Notes: a model not told the origin generated them from the letters alone. 64,000 nucleotides of DNA from Bacilli bacterium (GCA_017404555.1 JAFRCD010000005.1:54488-118487), one strand, 5' to 3'; shown: positions 40,904 to 51,286, counted from the stretch's first letter. Program-made: numbers and translations.

Positions 40904-41119
40904 ATGGAAATAGAACAAGTCCTAATTAATGGTGTATACTACAATATATTAGATAAAATAGATTATCAAAACACCACTTACTTTTACTTACAAAACGATG
41001 CCAACGATAATCTATTAATTCAAAAATTAAATAATAAAAATCTAGTTAATCTAGATAGTGATGAAGAAATAAATACAGCTTTATTACTATATGCTGAGAA
41101 TAATATAAAAGATGCTTAA
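40904..41119 (+). CDS. Small DUF1292-like protein
   Basis: YNILDKIDYQNTTYFYL...LVNLDSDEEINTAL pattern; RBS GAGGTG. Confidence 0.55.
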   Translation: MEIEQVLINGVYYNILDKIDYQNTTYFYLQNDANDNLLIQKLNNKNLVNLDSDEEINTALLLYAENNIKDA

Positions 41120-41132
41120 TTAAGCATCTTTT
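41107..41132. terminator. Bidirectional terminator formed by two coding 3' ends
   Basis: 26-bp perfect palindrome AAAAGATGCTTAATTAAGCATCTTTT. Confidence 0.7.
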
Positions 41133-41353
41133 TCTAATTCAAAATCTTCTAAAGTATTATCTTCTTTTACTATTTTATTAAGAGATTTTTCAGCTTCCTT
41201 AAGCTTCTTATCACATTCCTTAGCAAGTTCCATTGCCTTATTAAATTCAGCAATAGAGTCATCTAAAGATATTTCTCCATTCTCTAGTTTGCTAACAATA
41301 CTTTCTAACTCTTCTAAATTTTGTTCAAATGTCTTCACTTTCTTTTCAGCCAT
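41120..41353 (-). CDS. xseB: Exodeoxyribonuclease VII small subunit
   Basis: TFEQNLEELESIVSKLENGEISLDDS. Confidence 0.95.
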   Translation of the reverse strand: MAEKKVKTFEQNLEELESIVSKLENGEISLDDSIAEFNKAMELAKECDKKLKEAEKSLNKIVKEDNTLEDFELEKDA

Positions 41354-41366
41354 TTTTATTACCTCC

Positions 41367-42620
41367 TTATATTACTTCCACATTTATTTTACCATCACTA
41401 AACTCAATATCTAGTTTATCTTTTTTATTAACTAGTTTAGCACTATTAATAACTTTATTATCCTTTCTTGTAAGGGTATATCCCCTCTTTAATGTATTAA
41501 GTGGTGATATATTATCAAGCCTAGTAATTAAGTTTAAATAATTATTCTTTTCTATTTCCAATAGTTTTTCAGGTTTTTTAAAGATAAAACTACTTTTAAT
41601 ACTTTGTAATCTATTCTTAGAATCAGCAAGTAGTAATTTCATATTAGTTCTTAATTTTTCATAAATCATATCAAATTGCTGTTCCTTAGCAACATATAAA
41701 TTATTAGGATTAGTAAAAATATATCTACTAGTTATCTTCTTTAAATCTACTTTACAAATATTCAATTTATTCAATACTTGTTTTTTTACTCTAATCATTA
41801 AACTATCTAAATAGTTTTCAACATCACTTTTATTAGGTACCGCCAACTCAGCCGCTCCTGTTGGAGTTGGTGCTCTAAGGTCAGCTACAAAATCAGCAAT
41901 TGTAAAGTCCACTTCATGACCAACAGCACTAATAATTGGTATTTTAGAATTAAAGATTGCGCGAGCCACTATTTCTTCATTAAATGCCCACAAATCTTCA
42001 ATTGATCCTCCACCTCTACCAACTATTAAAGTATCAATATCAAAGTTTTCAGCATTTTCTATCTGTTTAACAATAGAATACTTAGCTTCTTCACCTTGAA
42101 CTAATGCTGGTAGAAGAATAGTTTTTACATGTGGCCATCTTCTCTTAATTGTTGATAAGATATCTCTAATAGCCGCTCCTGTTGGAGCTGTTACAATTCC
42201 AATTGTCTGTGGTATTTTAGGAATTGGTTTCTTATACTTATCTAAGAATAGTCCTTCTTCTTCAAGTTTCTTCTTTAGTTGTTCATAAGCAATATATAGA
42301 TTCCCTACTCCATCTTCTAACATTTCATTAACATATATCTGATACGTACCACTAGCTTCATAAACACTTATCTTACCTGTAACCAAGACATTCATACCAT
42401 CTTCAGGTGTAAATAAAACCTTCTTAGTATTAGTTGAAAACATAATAGCATTAATCCTAGTATTTTCATCTTTTAAAGTAAAATAGAAATGTCCTCTACT
42501 ATGGGCTTTAAAATTACTTATTTCCCCTTTTAAGAACACTTGATTAAGATTGATATCATTATCAATCTTATATTTAATATATTTAGTAAGTTGGGTAATT
42601 GTAATATACTTATCTTCCAT
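41367..42620 (-). CDS. xseA: Exodeoxyribonuclease VII large subunit
   Basis: GEISNF..GHFYFTLKD, RGGGSIEDLWAFN, SAVGHEVD, RAPTPTGAAE. Confidence 0.97.
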   Translation of the reverse strand: MEDKYITITQLTKYIKYKIDNDINLNQVFLKGEISNFKAHSRGHFYFTLKDENTRINAIMFSTNTKKVLFTPEDGMNVLVTGKISVYEASGTYQIYVNEMLEDGVGNLYIAYEQLKKKLEEEGLFLDKYKKPIPKIPQTIGIVTAPTGAAIRDILSTIKRRWPHVKTILLPALVQGEEAKYSIVKQIENAENFDIDTLIVGRGGGSIEDLWAFNEEIVARAIFNSKIPIISAVGHEVDFTIADFVADLRAPTPTGAAELAVPNKSDVENYLDSLMIRVKKQVLNKLNICKVDLKKITSRYIFTNPNNLYVAKEQQFDMIYEKLRTNMKLLLADSKNRLQSIKSSFIFKKPEKLLEIEKNNYLNLITRLDNISPLNTLKRGYTLTRKDNKVINSAKLVNKKDKLDIEFSDGKINVEVI

Positions 42621-43020
42621 CTGGAACCTCATTATGATAAATACTATCTAAAACACCATTAATCATCTTTACAACTTTATCATCAGAATATAGTTTAGAT
42701 AATTCAACAGCTTCATTAATCGCTACTATTGGTGGTACATCAGTATAAAGAAGTTCATAAATACCCAAAGAAAGAATAGCTCTATCAACTTTACTTAAAC
42801 GATCAACAGTCCAATTCTTCAGATATTTATTAGCATATTTATCAATTTTTTTCTGATTCTTAATTATTTCCTTTACTGAAGTATCAACAAATTCATTTTC
42901 TACTTCTAATTGTTCTTTAATAATCGCATCAACATCATAGGTGATATCACTACCATCCATAATATATATTTGATATAAAACATTTACAATAATATTTCTA
43001 AGTTCACTTCTAGTTTTCAT
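42610..43020 (-). CDS. nusB: Transcription antitermination factor NusB
   Basis: WTVDRLSKVDRAIL, VAINEAVELSK, INGVLD. Confidence 0.95.
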   Translation of the reverse strand: MKTRSELRNIIVNVLYQIYIMDGSDITYDVDAIIKEQLEVENEFVDTSVKEIIKNQKKIDKYANKYLKNWTVDRLSKVDRAILSLGIYELLYTDVPPIVAINEAVELSKLYSDDKVVKMINGVLDSIYHNEVPDGR

Positions 43021-43073
43021 TTATATCACCAAATCTATTGTACCATAATAAAAAAAATAAGTCATTACTTGAC

Positions 43074-43301
43074 TTATTTTTGTTTTGACTTTTTACGACT
43101 TTTTTGTAATATTTTTTCATTATTGCGAAGAAAGTTTTCTTCATCAATGTCGGCTGCCAAATAAGACATATTAGGTTTTCCACCCCACTCTGGATCATCA
43201 ACAACATATTCAGGTGGATTATAGCTCGCCATACCACTTTCATCTACATCAGCAAAATCATTACTAACTGGATCATAATCAATGGCATCGTAATTAAACA
43301 T
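43074..43301 (-). CDS. Small hypothetical protein (acidic body, basic tail)
   Basis: RBS GGAGGTG, TTGAAA-N17-TATAAT promoter and downstream hairpin (about 43054-43080) delimit it as its own unit. Confidence 0.65.
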   Translation of the reverse strand: MFNYDAIDYDPVSNDFADVDESGMASYNPPEYVVDDPEWGGKPNMSYLAADIDEENFLRNNEKILQKSRKKSKQK

Positions 43302-43363
43302 CCAAACACCTCCCCAAGTTCCGCATAAATTATACCATAATTAGTGTAATGTTTCAAGTTGAA

Positions 43364-45919
43364 TTACTCCTTTTCCACCTCTTCTTTTAACTCTGCCAAA
43401 AAGGTCAAAGCATCTAGTGGAGTCATCTCTAAAGGATTGATATCTCTTATTTTTTCTTCTAAATAATTATTTTGTTCCATTTCATAGTTGATGCTTTCAT
43501 CAAACAAATTAGTTTGAACTATTCCTGTATTAGGAGTTTTGTTTCCTTCTTTTTCATAGATATCCAAAATTTCTTTACTTCTTTTAATCAATTCATTAGG
43601 TAATCCTGCTAGTTTCCCTACATGAAGACCATAACTCTTATCGACAGAACCATCAGCTATTTTATGAAGGAACGTAATATTACCCTTTTCTTCCTTAACT
43701 GTGACATGAATATTCTTAAGATGTTTTAGTCTTTTATCTAGTGAGGTCAATTCATGATAATGAGTAGAAAATAATGTCTTTGCCTGTACTTTATTATGAA
43801 TATACTCTAAAATAGCTTGAGCAAGAGCCATACCATCATAAGTGGCTGTTCCCCTACCTAATTCATCAAATAGTATCAAACTATTCTTAGTAGCATTTTT
43901 TATCGCAAAGCAAGCTTCCTTCATTTCTACCATAAAGGTTGATTCACCACTAACTAAGTCATCACTAGCACCTATTCTAGTAAATATTCGATCAAATATT
44001 GGTATTTTACATGACTTACAAGGGACAAAAGATCCCATTTGAGCCATAATAGCAATTAAAGCACATTGCCGCATATAAGTGGATTTACCAGCCATATTAG
44101 GACCAGTAATAAGTAATATATTAGTATCCTTATCCATAATAATATCATTCGCAACATATCCATCAGTAAGAACATGCTCTACTACTGGGTGTCTAGCCTC
44201 TACTATTTCTATCTCGTGATTATCAGTAAATTCCGGTCTAACATAATTATTATTATCAGCTAGAATTGAAAATGCTTGTAACATATCAATTTCCCCAATG
44301 ATTTTAGCATTCTTCTGAATCTTATCAATATATCTTTTTACTACTTCACAGATATCCATAAATAATTTATATTCTAGATTAATTATCTTCTCTTCAGCAG
44401 TTAGGATAATCTGTTCCTTTTCTTTTAATTCCGGAGTAATAAAGCGTTCACTATTAGATAGAGTTTGTCTTCTTTCATACCCATATTCATCTTTAATTAA
44501 ATGCTTTTGACTACGAGTTACTTCAATATAATAACCGAAGACTTTATTATACCCTACCTTTAAATTCTTAATACCTGTTCTCTTTCTCTCTTTATTCTCA
44601 ATTTCTAATAAAAAGTCTTTCGAATTAGTTGATACATTTTTTAATTCATCTAATTCCTTGTTGTAACCCTCTTTAATCAAATCTCCTTCATGTAGTGTCA
44701 AAGGTGCATCTTCATTAATAGATTTATCTAATAATAGATATAGTTCCTCTAAACGTTCTATTTTCTTATCATATTTCAATTCCTCTAGTATTTTAGCAAT
44801 TCCTGGTAAATGAGCTAAAGAGTTCTTAAGTTGTATTAAATCCTTAGCATTCAAATTACCATAACTGATTCTTCCTACTAATCTTTCTAAATCATAAACA
44901 GATGAAAGTTCATTTATTAAATCATCTCTTAGAATAAATGATGTTGATAAAGTACTAACTATATCTAATCTTCTATTAATTTCTTTTTTATTAGTAAGAG
45001 GATTTAAAATAGAATGTTTAATAAATCTCGAACCAATAGCTGTTTTAGCTTTATCAAGTAACCAAAACAAACTATACATCCGATCATTTTTTCTAATAGT
45101 TTCAATTAATTCTAAATTCTTTTCAGTATTGACATCAAATTGCAATCTATCATCAGCCGTAATTAAATTAGCTTTTTGTAAGTGTAAAAGACTACTCTTT
45201 TTTGTATCAACGATATAACAAAGTAAATGTTTAATACTACTAACTAGTCTAATGTCTGATATATCATGATAAATATAATCATACTTATCATCTTCTAATA
45301 AATTATCAGCAAAACTAATAAAAATATTATAAGTACTTCTTAAAATATTTACTAATTTCCGATCTACTTTACTATTAACAATTACTTCTTTAAAATCCCA
45401 TTTAACTATTTCCGCCACTACTCTATTTAGATCATTATCAATTAAAAAAGTATTAACCTCACCTGTAGACACATCAGAAAAAGCCACTCCATAACAATAA
45501 TCAAAGTAATAAAGTGATGCAATATAATTATTACTTTTACTATCTAATCCTTCATCTAGTCTAGTCCCTTTAGTAACTACTTGAACAACCTCTCTTTTAA
45601 CCATTCCTTTTGTTTCTTTAGGATCTTCCATTTGTTCACAAATAGCGACTTTATAACCTTTTTCAATTAAAGCATCTACATATCCAGCATAAGCTTTATG
45701 AGGGACACCACACATTGGTACTCTTTTTTCTAAACCAGCTTGTTTACCAGTTAAAGTTAATTCTAATACTTGTGAACATAAAGTAGCATCTTCAAAAAAC
45801 ATCTCATAGAAATCACCAAGGCGAAAAAAGATAATCGTATCATCATAATTATCTTTAATTTCCATGTACTGTCTCATCATGGGACTAAGTTTTGATCGAT
45901 CTACTTCGCTTCTTTTCAT
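43364..45919 (-). CDS. mutS: DNA mismatch repair protein MutS
   Basis: FFRLGDFYEMF, GPNMAGKST, STFMVEM, DELGRGT, STHYHEL. Confidence 0.98.
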   Translation of the reverse strand: MKRSEVDRSKLSPMMRQYMEIKDNYDDTIIFFRLGDFYEMFFEDATLCSQVLELTLTGKQAGLEKRVPMCGVPHKAYAGYVDALIEKGYKVAICEQMEDPKETKGMVKREVVQVVTKGTRLDEGLDSKSNNYIASLYYFDYCYGVAFSDVSTGEVNTFLIDNDLNRVVAEIVKWDFKEVIVNSKVDRKLVNILRSTYNIFISFADNLLEDDKYDYIYHDISDIRLVSSIKHLLCYIVDTKKSSLLHLQKANLITADDRLQFDVNTEKNLELIETIRKNDRMYSLFWLLDKAKTAIGSRFIKHSILNPLTNKKEINRRLDIVSTLSTSFILRDDLINELSSVYDLERLVGRISYGNLNAKDLIQLKNSLAHLPGIAKILEELKYDKKIERLEELYLLLDKSINEDAPLTLHEGDLIKEGYNKELDELKNVSTNSKDFLLEIENKERKRTGIKNLKVGYNKVFGYYIEVTRSQKHLIKDEYGYERRQTLSNSERFITPELKEKEQIILTAEEKIINLEYKLFMDICEVVKRYIDKIQKNAKIIGEIDMLQAFSILADNNNYVRPEFTDNHEIEIVEARHPVVEHVLTDGYVANDIIMDKDTNILLITGPNMAGKSTYMRQCALIAIMAQMGSFVPCKSCKIPIFDRIFTRIGASDDLVSGESTFMVEMKEACFAIKNATKNSLILFDELGRGTATYDGMALAQAILEYIHNKVQAKTLFSTHYHELTSLDKRLKHLKNIHVTVKEEKGNITFLHKIADGSVDKSYGLHVGKLAGLPNELIKRSKEILDIYEKEGNKTPNTGIVQTNLFDESINYEMEQNNYLEEKIRDINPLEMTPLDALTFLAELKEEVEKE

Positions 45920-45969
45920 AAGATATATTATAAAATAAAATAATTAAAAAAGCCATAATTAAATGACTT

Positions 45970-46071
45970 TTATCTTCCTCCCATAGCTTGTTTATTCTTT
46001 TTAGTTTTACTCTTCTTCTCTTTTTTAGGTTTTTCTTTTTTAACAATACTACTTAAACTCTTTAAAATCAT
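45970..46071 (-). CDS. Putative 33-aa Lys-rich peptide (not in ORF track)
   Basis: MILKSLSSIVKKEKPKKEKKSKTKKNKQAMGGR with RBS AAGGAG directly after the ylbL stop. Confidence 0.45.
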   Translation of the reverse strand: MILKSLSSIVKKEKPKKEKKSKTKKNKQAMGGR

Positions 46072-46083
46072 CTCTTACTCCTT

Positions 46084-47094
46084 TCATTTTAATCTTTCAA
46101 TTACTTCATCAAAACTACTAACACCTATTACCTTAATTTTGTATCTTCTCTTTTTCTTTTCTTTTAAAGCTTCTTTCAAATTATCCTTAGGACAGATAAA
46201 GATATCTGCTCTTTTTTTAACCGCTCCTCTAAGCTTATATTTAATTCCTCCAATATCACCAACACGGCCATCCTTATCAATAGTACCTGTTCCAACTATA
46301 TTACGACCTTTAGTAATATCTTTTTTAGTAAGTTTATTATATATCTGTAAAGCAAGCATTAATCCACCTGAAGGACCTGATTCACTTTTCTTAAATTTAA
46401 GCTTTAATTTAGGATCTAACTTATAAGTATTTATTTCAATGACTCCTATTCCCGTTACTAATTTATCATCTTGTTGATAGATATAGGCAAATTTCTTTTT
46501 AACTTCTTTCTTCTCTTTTACTAAAACAGTAACTTTTTCTCCTGCTTCTTTACTATTAATATAGGTTCGATAATCATCAAGACCATTTATTTTCTGACCA
46601 TCTACTTCTAGAATCTGATCACCAATTTTTAAATTAGTATTCAGGTTCTTATTATCATCAACAAAAATAATATATAGTTTCGTATCTTTAATAGATATCT
46701 TTCGCTTAGCTTTAGTATAAGCTACATATACCGAATCAGCATTAGCTTTCTCCAAATTCATTTTTTCTCTAAATAATAAATCTTTATAATCTTCATCTTC
46801 TTTATAACGATATTCATCAATACTTTCGTTTTCAAAGCCAGGAACAATTAAACTTAAAAGATATGTCGCAACTGTTCCTTTTAATTCTTCTACATAAGCG
46901 AAATTAAGTTTACCTTTTTGTTTATATTCATTTTCTACCTGAACCCTTTTATTAATATTAATAGTTCCGCCACCAACAATAACATATGAATTAGTAGGTA
47001 TCGTAAAGAATAAATATATTAATATCCAAACCAAAATATATTTATAATTATCTCTAATAAAATTTTTGATCTTTTCATATGCTTTACTAATCAT
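46084..47094 (-). CDS. ylbL: YlbL/SepM family PDZ and Lon-like (S16) protease
   Basis: PDZ domain, SGPSGGLMLAL, GTGTIDKDGRVGDIGGIKYK; divergent from ylbJ. Confidence 0.85.
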   Translation of the reverse strand: MISKAYEKIKNFIRDNYKYILVWILIYLFFTIPTNSYVIVGGGTININKRVQVENEYKQKGKLNFAYVEELKGTVATYLLSLIVPGFENESIDEYRYKEDEDYKDLLFREKMNLEKANADSVYVAYTKAKRKISIKDTKLYIIFVDDNKNLNTNLKIGDQILEVDGQKINGLDDYRTYINSKEAGEKVTVLVKEKKEVKKKFAYIYQQDDKLVTGIGVIEINTYKLDPKLKLKFKKSESGPSGGLMLALQIYNKLTKKDITKGRNIVGTGTIDKDGRVGDIGGIKYKLRGAVKKRADIFICPKDNLKEALKEKKKRRYKIKVIGVSSFDEVIERLK

Positions 47095-47136
47095 CAAATA
47101 TCTCCTCAATACTATTATAACAGGAAAGAGGTCCAT

Positions 47137-48060
47137 ATGATAAACAAATTTAAAAATATCTTCATTTTAATAGTATTAATAATATTACTTATCTTCTTTA
47201 TTCTAAACCCTACCTTAGTTATTAATAATATTACTAAAAACACGAATTCCTTTATGAATAATGTTTTCCCCTCTTTATTCTTGTTCTTTCTCTTAATAGA
47301 CCTGTTACTAGCATTTAATTTTATTACAGTTTTAAAAAAACTATTCGCTTTCCCAGTAAAAAAATTATTTCATCTAGATATAAATAGTTCTTTTATTCTA
47401 TTTATATCTCTTTTTTCAGGGTTTCCTAGTGGTTCCAAATATATTACTAATTTACTAAATAAAAAGATGATTAGTATAGAAAGTGCCAATACTCTTGTTA
47501 CCTATACCCATTTTGGTAATATTGCCTTTATCTTAGGTACTATTGGCCCTATTCTAAATAAAAAAATAACTCTAATTATTTTAATCTGCCATTATTTAAG
47601 TAATTTAATAATCGCTTTTATTATAAGACCCAAAGAAGTAATAAAAGAAAAAGAAGTAGATAAACAAGCATCTGCTTCTTTTACTGATATCTTAAGTACA
47701 TCAATTATTTCTAATACTAAGATTATTATAATTATTTTTGGTACTATGATCTTCTTTTCAACTATCTCTTTAATAATTTCAGCAACAATACCTATAAACA
47801 GCTATCAAAGTACCTTACTATGCGGAATACTAGATTTATCAAGTGGTATTATTTCTCTAAATAATTTAAGTATTCCCCTATTTTATAAAGGTCTTCTTTC
47901 ATTGATATTCATCTCTTTTGGTTCCCTATCTGTTCATATGCAAGTACGTATTCTATTGAGAAATACTAAGATTAAATATAGTTACTTCCTCTTAGGAAGA
48001 ATATCACAAACAGCACTTTCTATTACACTTTTTCTATTGGTCTATTGGCGCTTCTATTAA
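47137..48060 (+). CDS. ylbJ: Sporulation integral membrane protein YlbJ
   Basis: VFPSLF, SGFPSG, SFGSLSVHMQ; polytopic membrane protein. Confidence 0.8.
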   Translation: MINKFKNIFILIVLIILLIFFILNPTLVINNITKNTNSFMNNVFPSLFLFFLLIDLLLAFNFITVLKKLFAFPVKKLFHLDINSSFILFISLFSGFPSGSKYITNLLNKKMISIESANTLVTYTHFGNIAFILGTIGPILNKKITLIILICHYLSNLIIAFIIRPKEVIKEKEVDKQASASFTDILSTSIISNTKIIIIIFGTMIFFSTISLIISATIPINSYQSTLLCGILDLSSGIISLNNLSIPLFYKGLLSLIFISFGSLSVHMQVRILLRNTKIKYSYFLLGRISQTALSITLFLLVYWRFY

Positions 48061-48654
48061 AATATGGTATTTAGCACCTATTTCATGGTAGAAAATAGGA
48101 ATGTCCACAATAAATACACTATTATTAAAAAGTTTATTAATACTAATTCGTGAATGCTCTGCAGCTGCGCCCTCGTATCCAACACCAAAACGCAAATTCA
48201 TTAAATGCAAATCGGGATGATTATCAGGATCAGGATCATAATTTCCAAAGTCAGGAAGTGTATAAGTAACATCTTTACCATTTTCTCCTTTGTTATCTTT
48301 ATAAACAATCTTATCTCTAACAGCATTTGTACCTTTAGATTGATATACTTTTAATTCCTTAGACGGTATTTTGGATGAATCAAAATATAAAGTGACTGAC
48401 CATATATTATAATTACTATCATCATCATTTAATATAGGATTCGAAACACTTTTTAAATGTAATTTCGCAATATCATCTTGAACCATCTTTGTAATAGTAT
48501 TTTTATATTTAATAACCTCTAAAGAAACTGATTCCATTTCTTGTCTAGTCCGATAATTCATCACTGTACTTAGCATCATTGTGGAAATAATACCTACTAA
48601 TGTAAAACAAACTAAGATTTCAATTAAGGTCATCGCTTTATTATTAAGATGCAT
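48034..48654 (-). CDS. Type IV pilin-like (minor pilin) protein
   Basis: NNKA|MTLIEILV with Glu at +5 and hydrophobic helix. Confidence 0.8.
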   Translation of the reverse strand: MHLNNKAMTLIEILVCFTLVGIISTMMLSTVMNYRTRQEMESVSLEVIKYKNTITKMVQDDIAKLHLKSVSNPILNDDDSNYNIWSVTLYFDSSKIPSKELKVYQSKGTNAVRDKIVYKDNKGENGKDVTYTLPDFGNYDPDPDNHPDLHLMNLRFGVGYEGAAAEHSRISINKLFNNSVFIVDIPIFYHEIGAKYHILIEAPIDQ

Positions 48655-49195
48655 TTCTCTTCACCTCGATTGTCGCATAGGAATGAGTAGTACCCATTTC
48701 TTTAGTCTTTCTATCGATAGAAATAATAAGTCTCTTCTTAGTATTGTCAGTTGGATTTTCTTCAGGTAGAGATTCTATATATTCCACAAATCCTTTAGGA
48801 AAACTACTTTTATTATTATTAACATAACTTCTAAAATTAGCTATGTTATATTCAGTTAAATAAATTTGATCAATTCCTACAGCATTGACAAAATTTTTAG
48901 CTTCATCACTAAGAAAAGTACCTTGTGCAGTAAATTTCTTTCCATCCTTAGTAACTTCAATTTTTTGACAATGATTATTGCAATTATTCCAACTAATATT
49001 ATTTTCTCCTTCAACAATAAATCTTCTTAAGTAATGCACTACATATTTCGATTCAACATCATCATAATACTCAGCTTTTTCATATTTAGCGACTAGTGGA
49101 TAAAAGTTTGTAAAAACAAACATAAACACTGTTACTACAAATACTCCAACCACTAAAGTCTCCATCAAAGCAAAACCTTTATTAGACTTTATCAT
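48644..49195 (-). CDS. Type IV pilin-like (minor pilin) protein
   Basis: NKG|FALMETLV with Glu at +5 and hydrophobic helix. Confidence 0.8.
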   Translation of the reverse strand: MIKSNKGFALMETLVVGVFVVTVFMFVFTNFYPLVAKYEKAEYYDDVESKYVVHYLRRFIVEGENNISWNNCNNHCQKIEVTKDGKKFTAQGTFLSDEAKNFVNAVGIDQIYLTEYNIANFRSYVNNNKSSFPKGFVEYIESLPEENPTDNTKKRLIISIDRKTKEMGTTHSYATIEVKRNAS

Positions 49196-49289
49196 TTTAT
49201 CCTCCTTTTTAACTTGCTATTATCTTAAATTTATTATATAATAAAATGTAGTAAAATACCATAGTAAAGTTTAGATTGGGGTTGAAAAT

Positions 49290-50693
49290 ATGGTTACATT
49301 TGACTTTGCCAAAACACCAATAACTTCTATAGCCGATCATATTATCATTCATGCGGCCGAAAAACACGCATCTGATATTCATTTTGATCCGCGTGATGAA
49401 GGTGTTGTTGTTCGTATTAGAATTGATGGTGATCTTCAAGATTATACTATCATTCCTAAGACATACGAAAGAAATTTAGTAACGCGTCTAAAACTTATGG
49501 CAAATATGAACATAACTGAATCCCGTTTACCCCAAGACGGATCAATTAAAGGAAAATTTGGTTCCTTAGATTTGGATATGCGTGTTTCCTCATTACCTAC
49601 TAACGAAGGTGAAAAAATAGTTGTTCGTATTTTAGACTACTCTAGAAGTTTGGAAGGTCTTGAAAGTTTAGACTTCTCAAAAGAGAACTTTGAAAAAATT
49701 AAAAGGATGATAGCAGTTCCTAATGGTATTATTTTGGTTACTGGTGCTACTGGTACTGGTAAAAGTACTACTACTTACTCTATCATGCAAGCTTTAAATA
49801 AAAAAGAAACTAATATTATTACTGTTGAAGACCCAATAGAAATGAATATTGAAGGACTTAATCAAGTACAGGTTAATAGTGATATAGGCCTTGATTTTGC
49901 TACTGTCTTAAGATCTATTTTACGTCAAGACCCTAATATTATTCTAATTGGAGAGATTCGTGACTCTGAAACTGCCAAAATAGCTGTCCGTGCTTCAATT
50001 ACTGGACATTTAGTATTATCAACTATCCATACTAATAACTCCCTATCAACTATTGAACGTCTTTTAGATATGAGTGTTGAAAGATACTTACTAGCTAGTG
50101 CTTTAACAGGTATTATTTCTCAACGTTTAGCTAAAAGATTGTGTCCTAAATGTCGAAAGAAAAAAGAAACTAATCCATATGAAAAAAAGGTATTTAAACT
50201 AGCCCTTGATAAAGATATTAATGAAATATATGAGGCTGATCCCAAAGGTTGTGAAGAATGTACTAATGGTTATCGAGGACGAATTGCTGTTCACGAGGTA
50301 TTGGAAATTGATGATCATATTCGAAATCTTATCAATAATGAAGAAGTTGAAAAAGACGAACTAAGAGAAAAAGTTTATAGTGATAAAACTATTACCTTAC
50401 TACAAGATGGTCTAATGAAAGTATTAGATGGTAGAACTTCATTTGATGAGATCTTTAGAATAATTGATATTGATAATGATATTGATGATAGTGAAATAAG
50501 TGTTGAAAAAGAAATAGAAGAAAGAGAAAAAGCAGCTGAAGAAAACAAAACAAATGAAGAAACACCTACTGAAGAAAAAAAGAAAGAAGATGCTCCTAGT
50601 GAAGAACAACCTGCAGTAGAAGAAAAACAAACTACTCTATCTTCTCCTAATCTAGCAACAGATGCTAATGAATTAGAAAAAAAAGAAGGATAA
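49290..50693 (+). CDS. PilB/GspE/ComGA family type IV filament assembly ATPase
   Basis: ASDIHFDP, RLPQDG, GATGTGKST, TVEDPIE, LRQDPN, GEIRD, GHLVLSTIHTN, CPKC..CEEC; acidic C-terminal tail. Confidence 0.92.
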   Translation: MVTFDFAKTPITSIADHIIIHAAEKHASDIHFDPRDEGVVVRIRIDGDLQDYTIIPKTYERNLVTRLKLMANMNITESRLPQDGSIKGKFGSLDLDMRVSSLPTNEGEKIVVRILDYSRSLEGLESLDFSKENFEKIKRMIAVPNGIILVTGATGTGKSTTTYSIMQALNKKETNIITVEDPIEMNIEGLNQVQVNSDIGLDFATVLRSILRQDPNIILIGEIRDSETAKIAVRASITGHLVLSTIHTNNSLSTIERLLDMSVERYLLASALTGIISQRLAKRLCPKCRKKKETNPYEKKVFKLALDKDINEIYEADPKGCEECTNGYRGRIAVHEVLEIDDHIRNLINNEEVEKDELREKVYSDKTITLLQDGLMKVLDGRTSFDEIFRIIDIDNDIDDSEISVEKEIEEREKAAEENKTNEETPTEEKKKEDAPSEEQPAVEEKQTTLSSPNLATDANELEKKEG

Positions 50694-50706
50694 ACCTTCT
50701 TTTTTT
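50683..50706. terminator. Bidirectional terminator
   Basis: AAAGAAGG-ATAAA-CCTTCTTT plus T-tract. Confidence 0.65.
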
Positions 50707-51286
50707 ATACTTTAATTTTATTCTTTTCATCAAATGGTACTAAGATACATTTACGAGAAGCTAAATAATCGCACATATGAACAAAATTCTGACATTTAGT
50801 CTTTGGTTTATCTAATACTTCATTACCATCATAATCAGTAGTCCAGTTACCCATATGAGTACTAATAGTATCAGCTAAAAACTGTATTTCTTTTTTAGAA
50901 ATTGGTAAATCTTCTTGCTCCTCTTTAATATATTCTGCCATTAGAAGAGGATGATCAAATTTAGTATACTTACTTTTCTCCTTGCCTAGTTTTAAACCAT
51001 CGTGAAGAATAAGAGCCATAATCATCAAATCCTTTTCCCTGTCAGTATATTTATCACCAATAACAGGGTTTTCTAATAGTTCATGAGCAATCCTAACAGC
51101 AGCTTTAGTATGACGAAGTAATCCCCCTTCTCCTTGGGCATATTCAGGATGATATTTACCAGTAGAAGCTGCTGGTATAGTAAAGAAATAATCAGGTAGT
51201 TTTTCAATCATATAACTAGCACTTTCTCTAATATCTTCATTTTTAATATAATTTAATTCTTCTTTAAACTCATCTTTTTTATTCAT
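50705..51286 (-). CDS. HD-domain phosphohydrolase
   Basis: PAASTGKYHP..GGLLRHT, LHDGLK, HMG, VHMCDYLASRK. Confidence 0.8.
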   Translation of the reverse strand: MNKKDEFKEELNYIKNEDIRESASYMIEKLPDYFFTIPAASTGKYHPEYAQGEGGLLRHTKAAVRIAHELLENPVIGDKYTDREKDLMIMALILHDGLKLGKEKSKYTKFDHPLLMAEYIKEEQEDLPISKKEIQFLADTISTHMGNWTTDYDGNEVLDKPKTKCQNFVHMCDYLASRKCILVPFDEKNKIKV

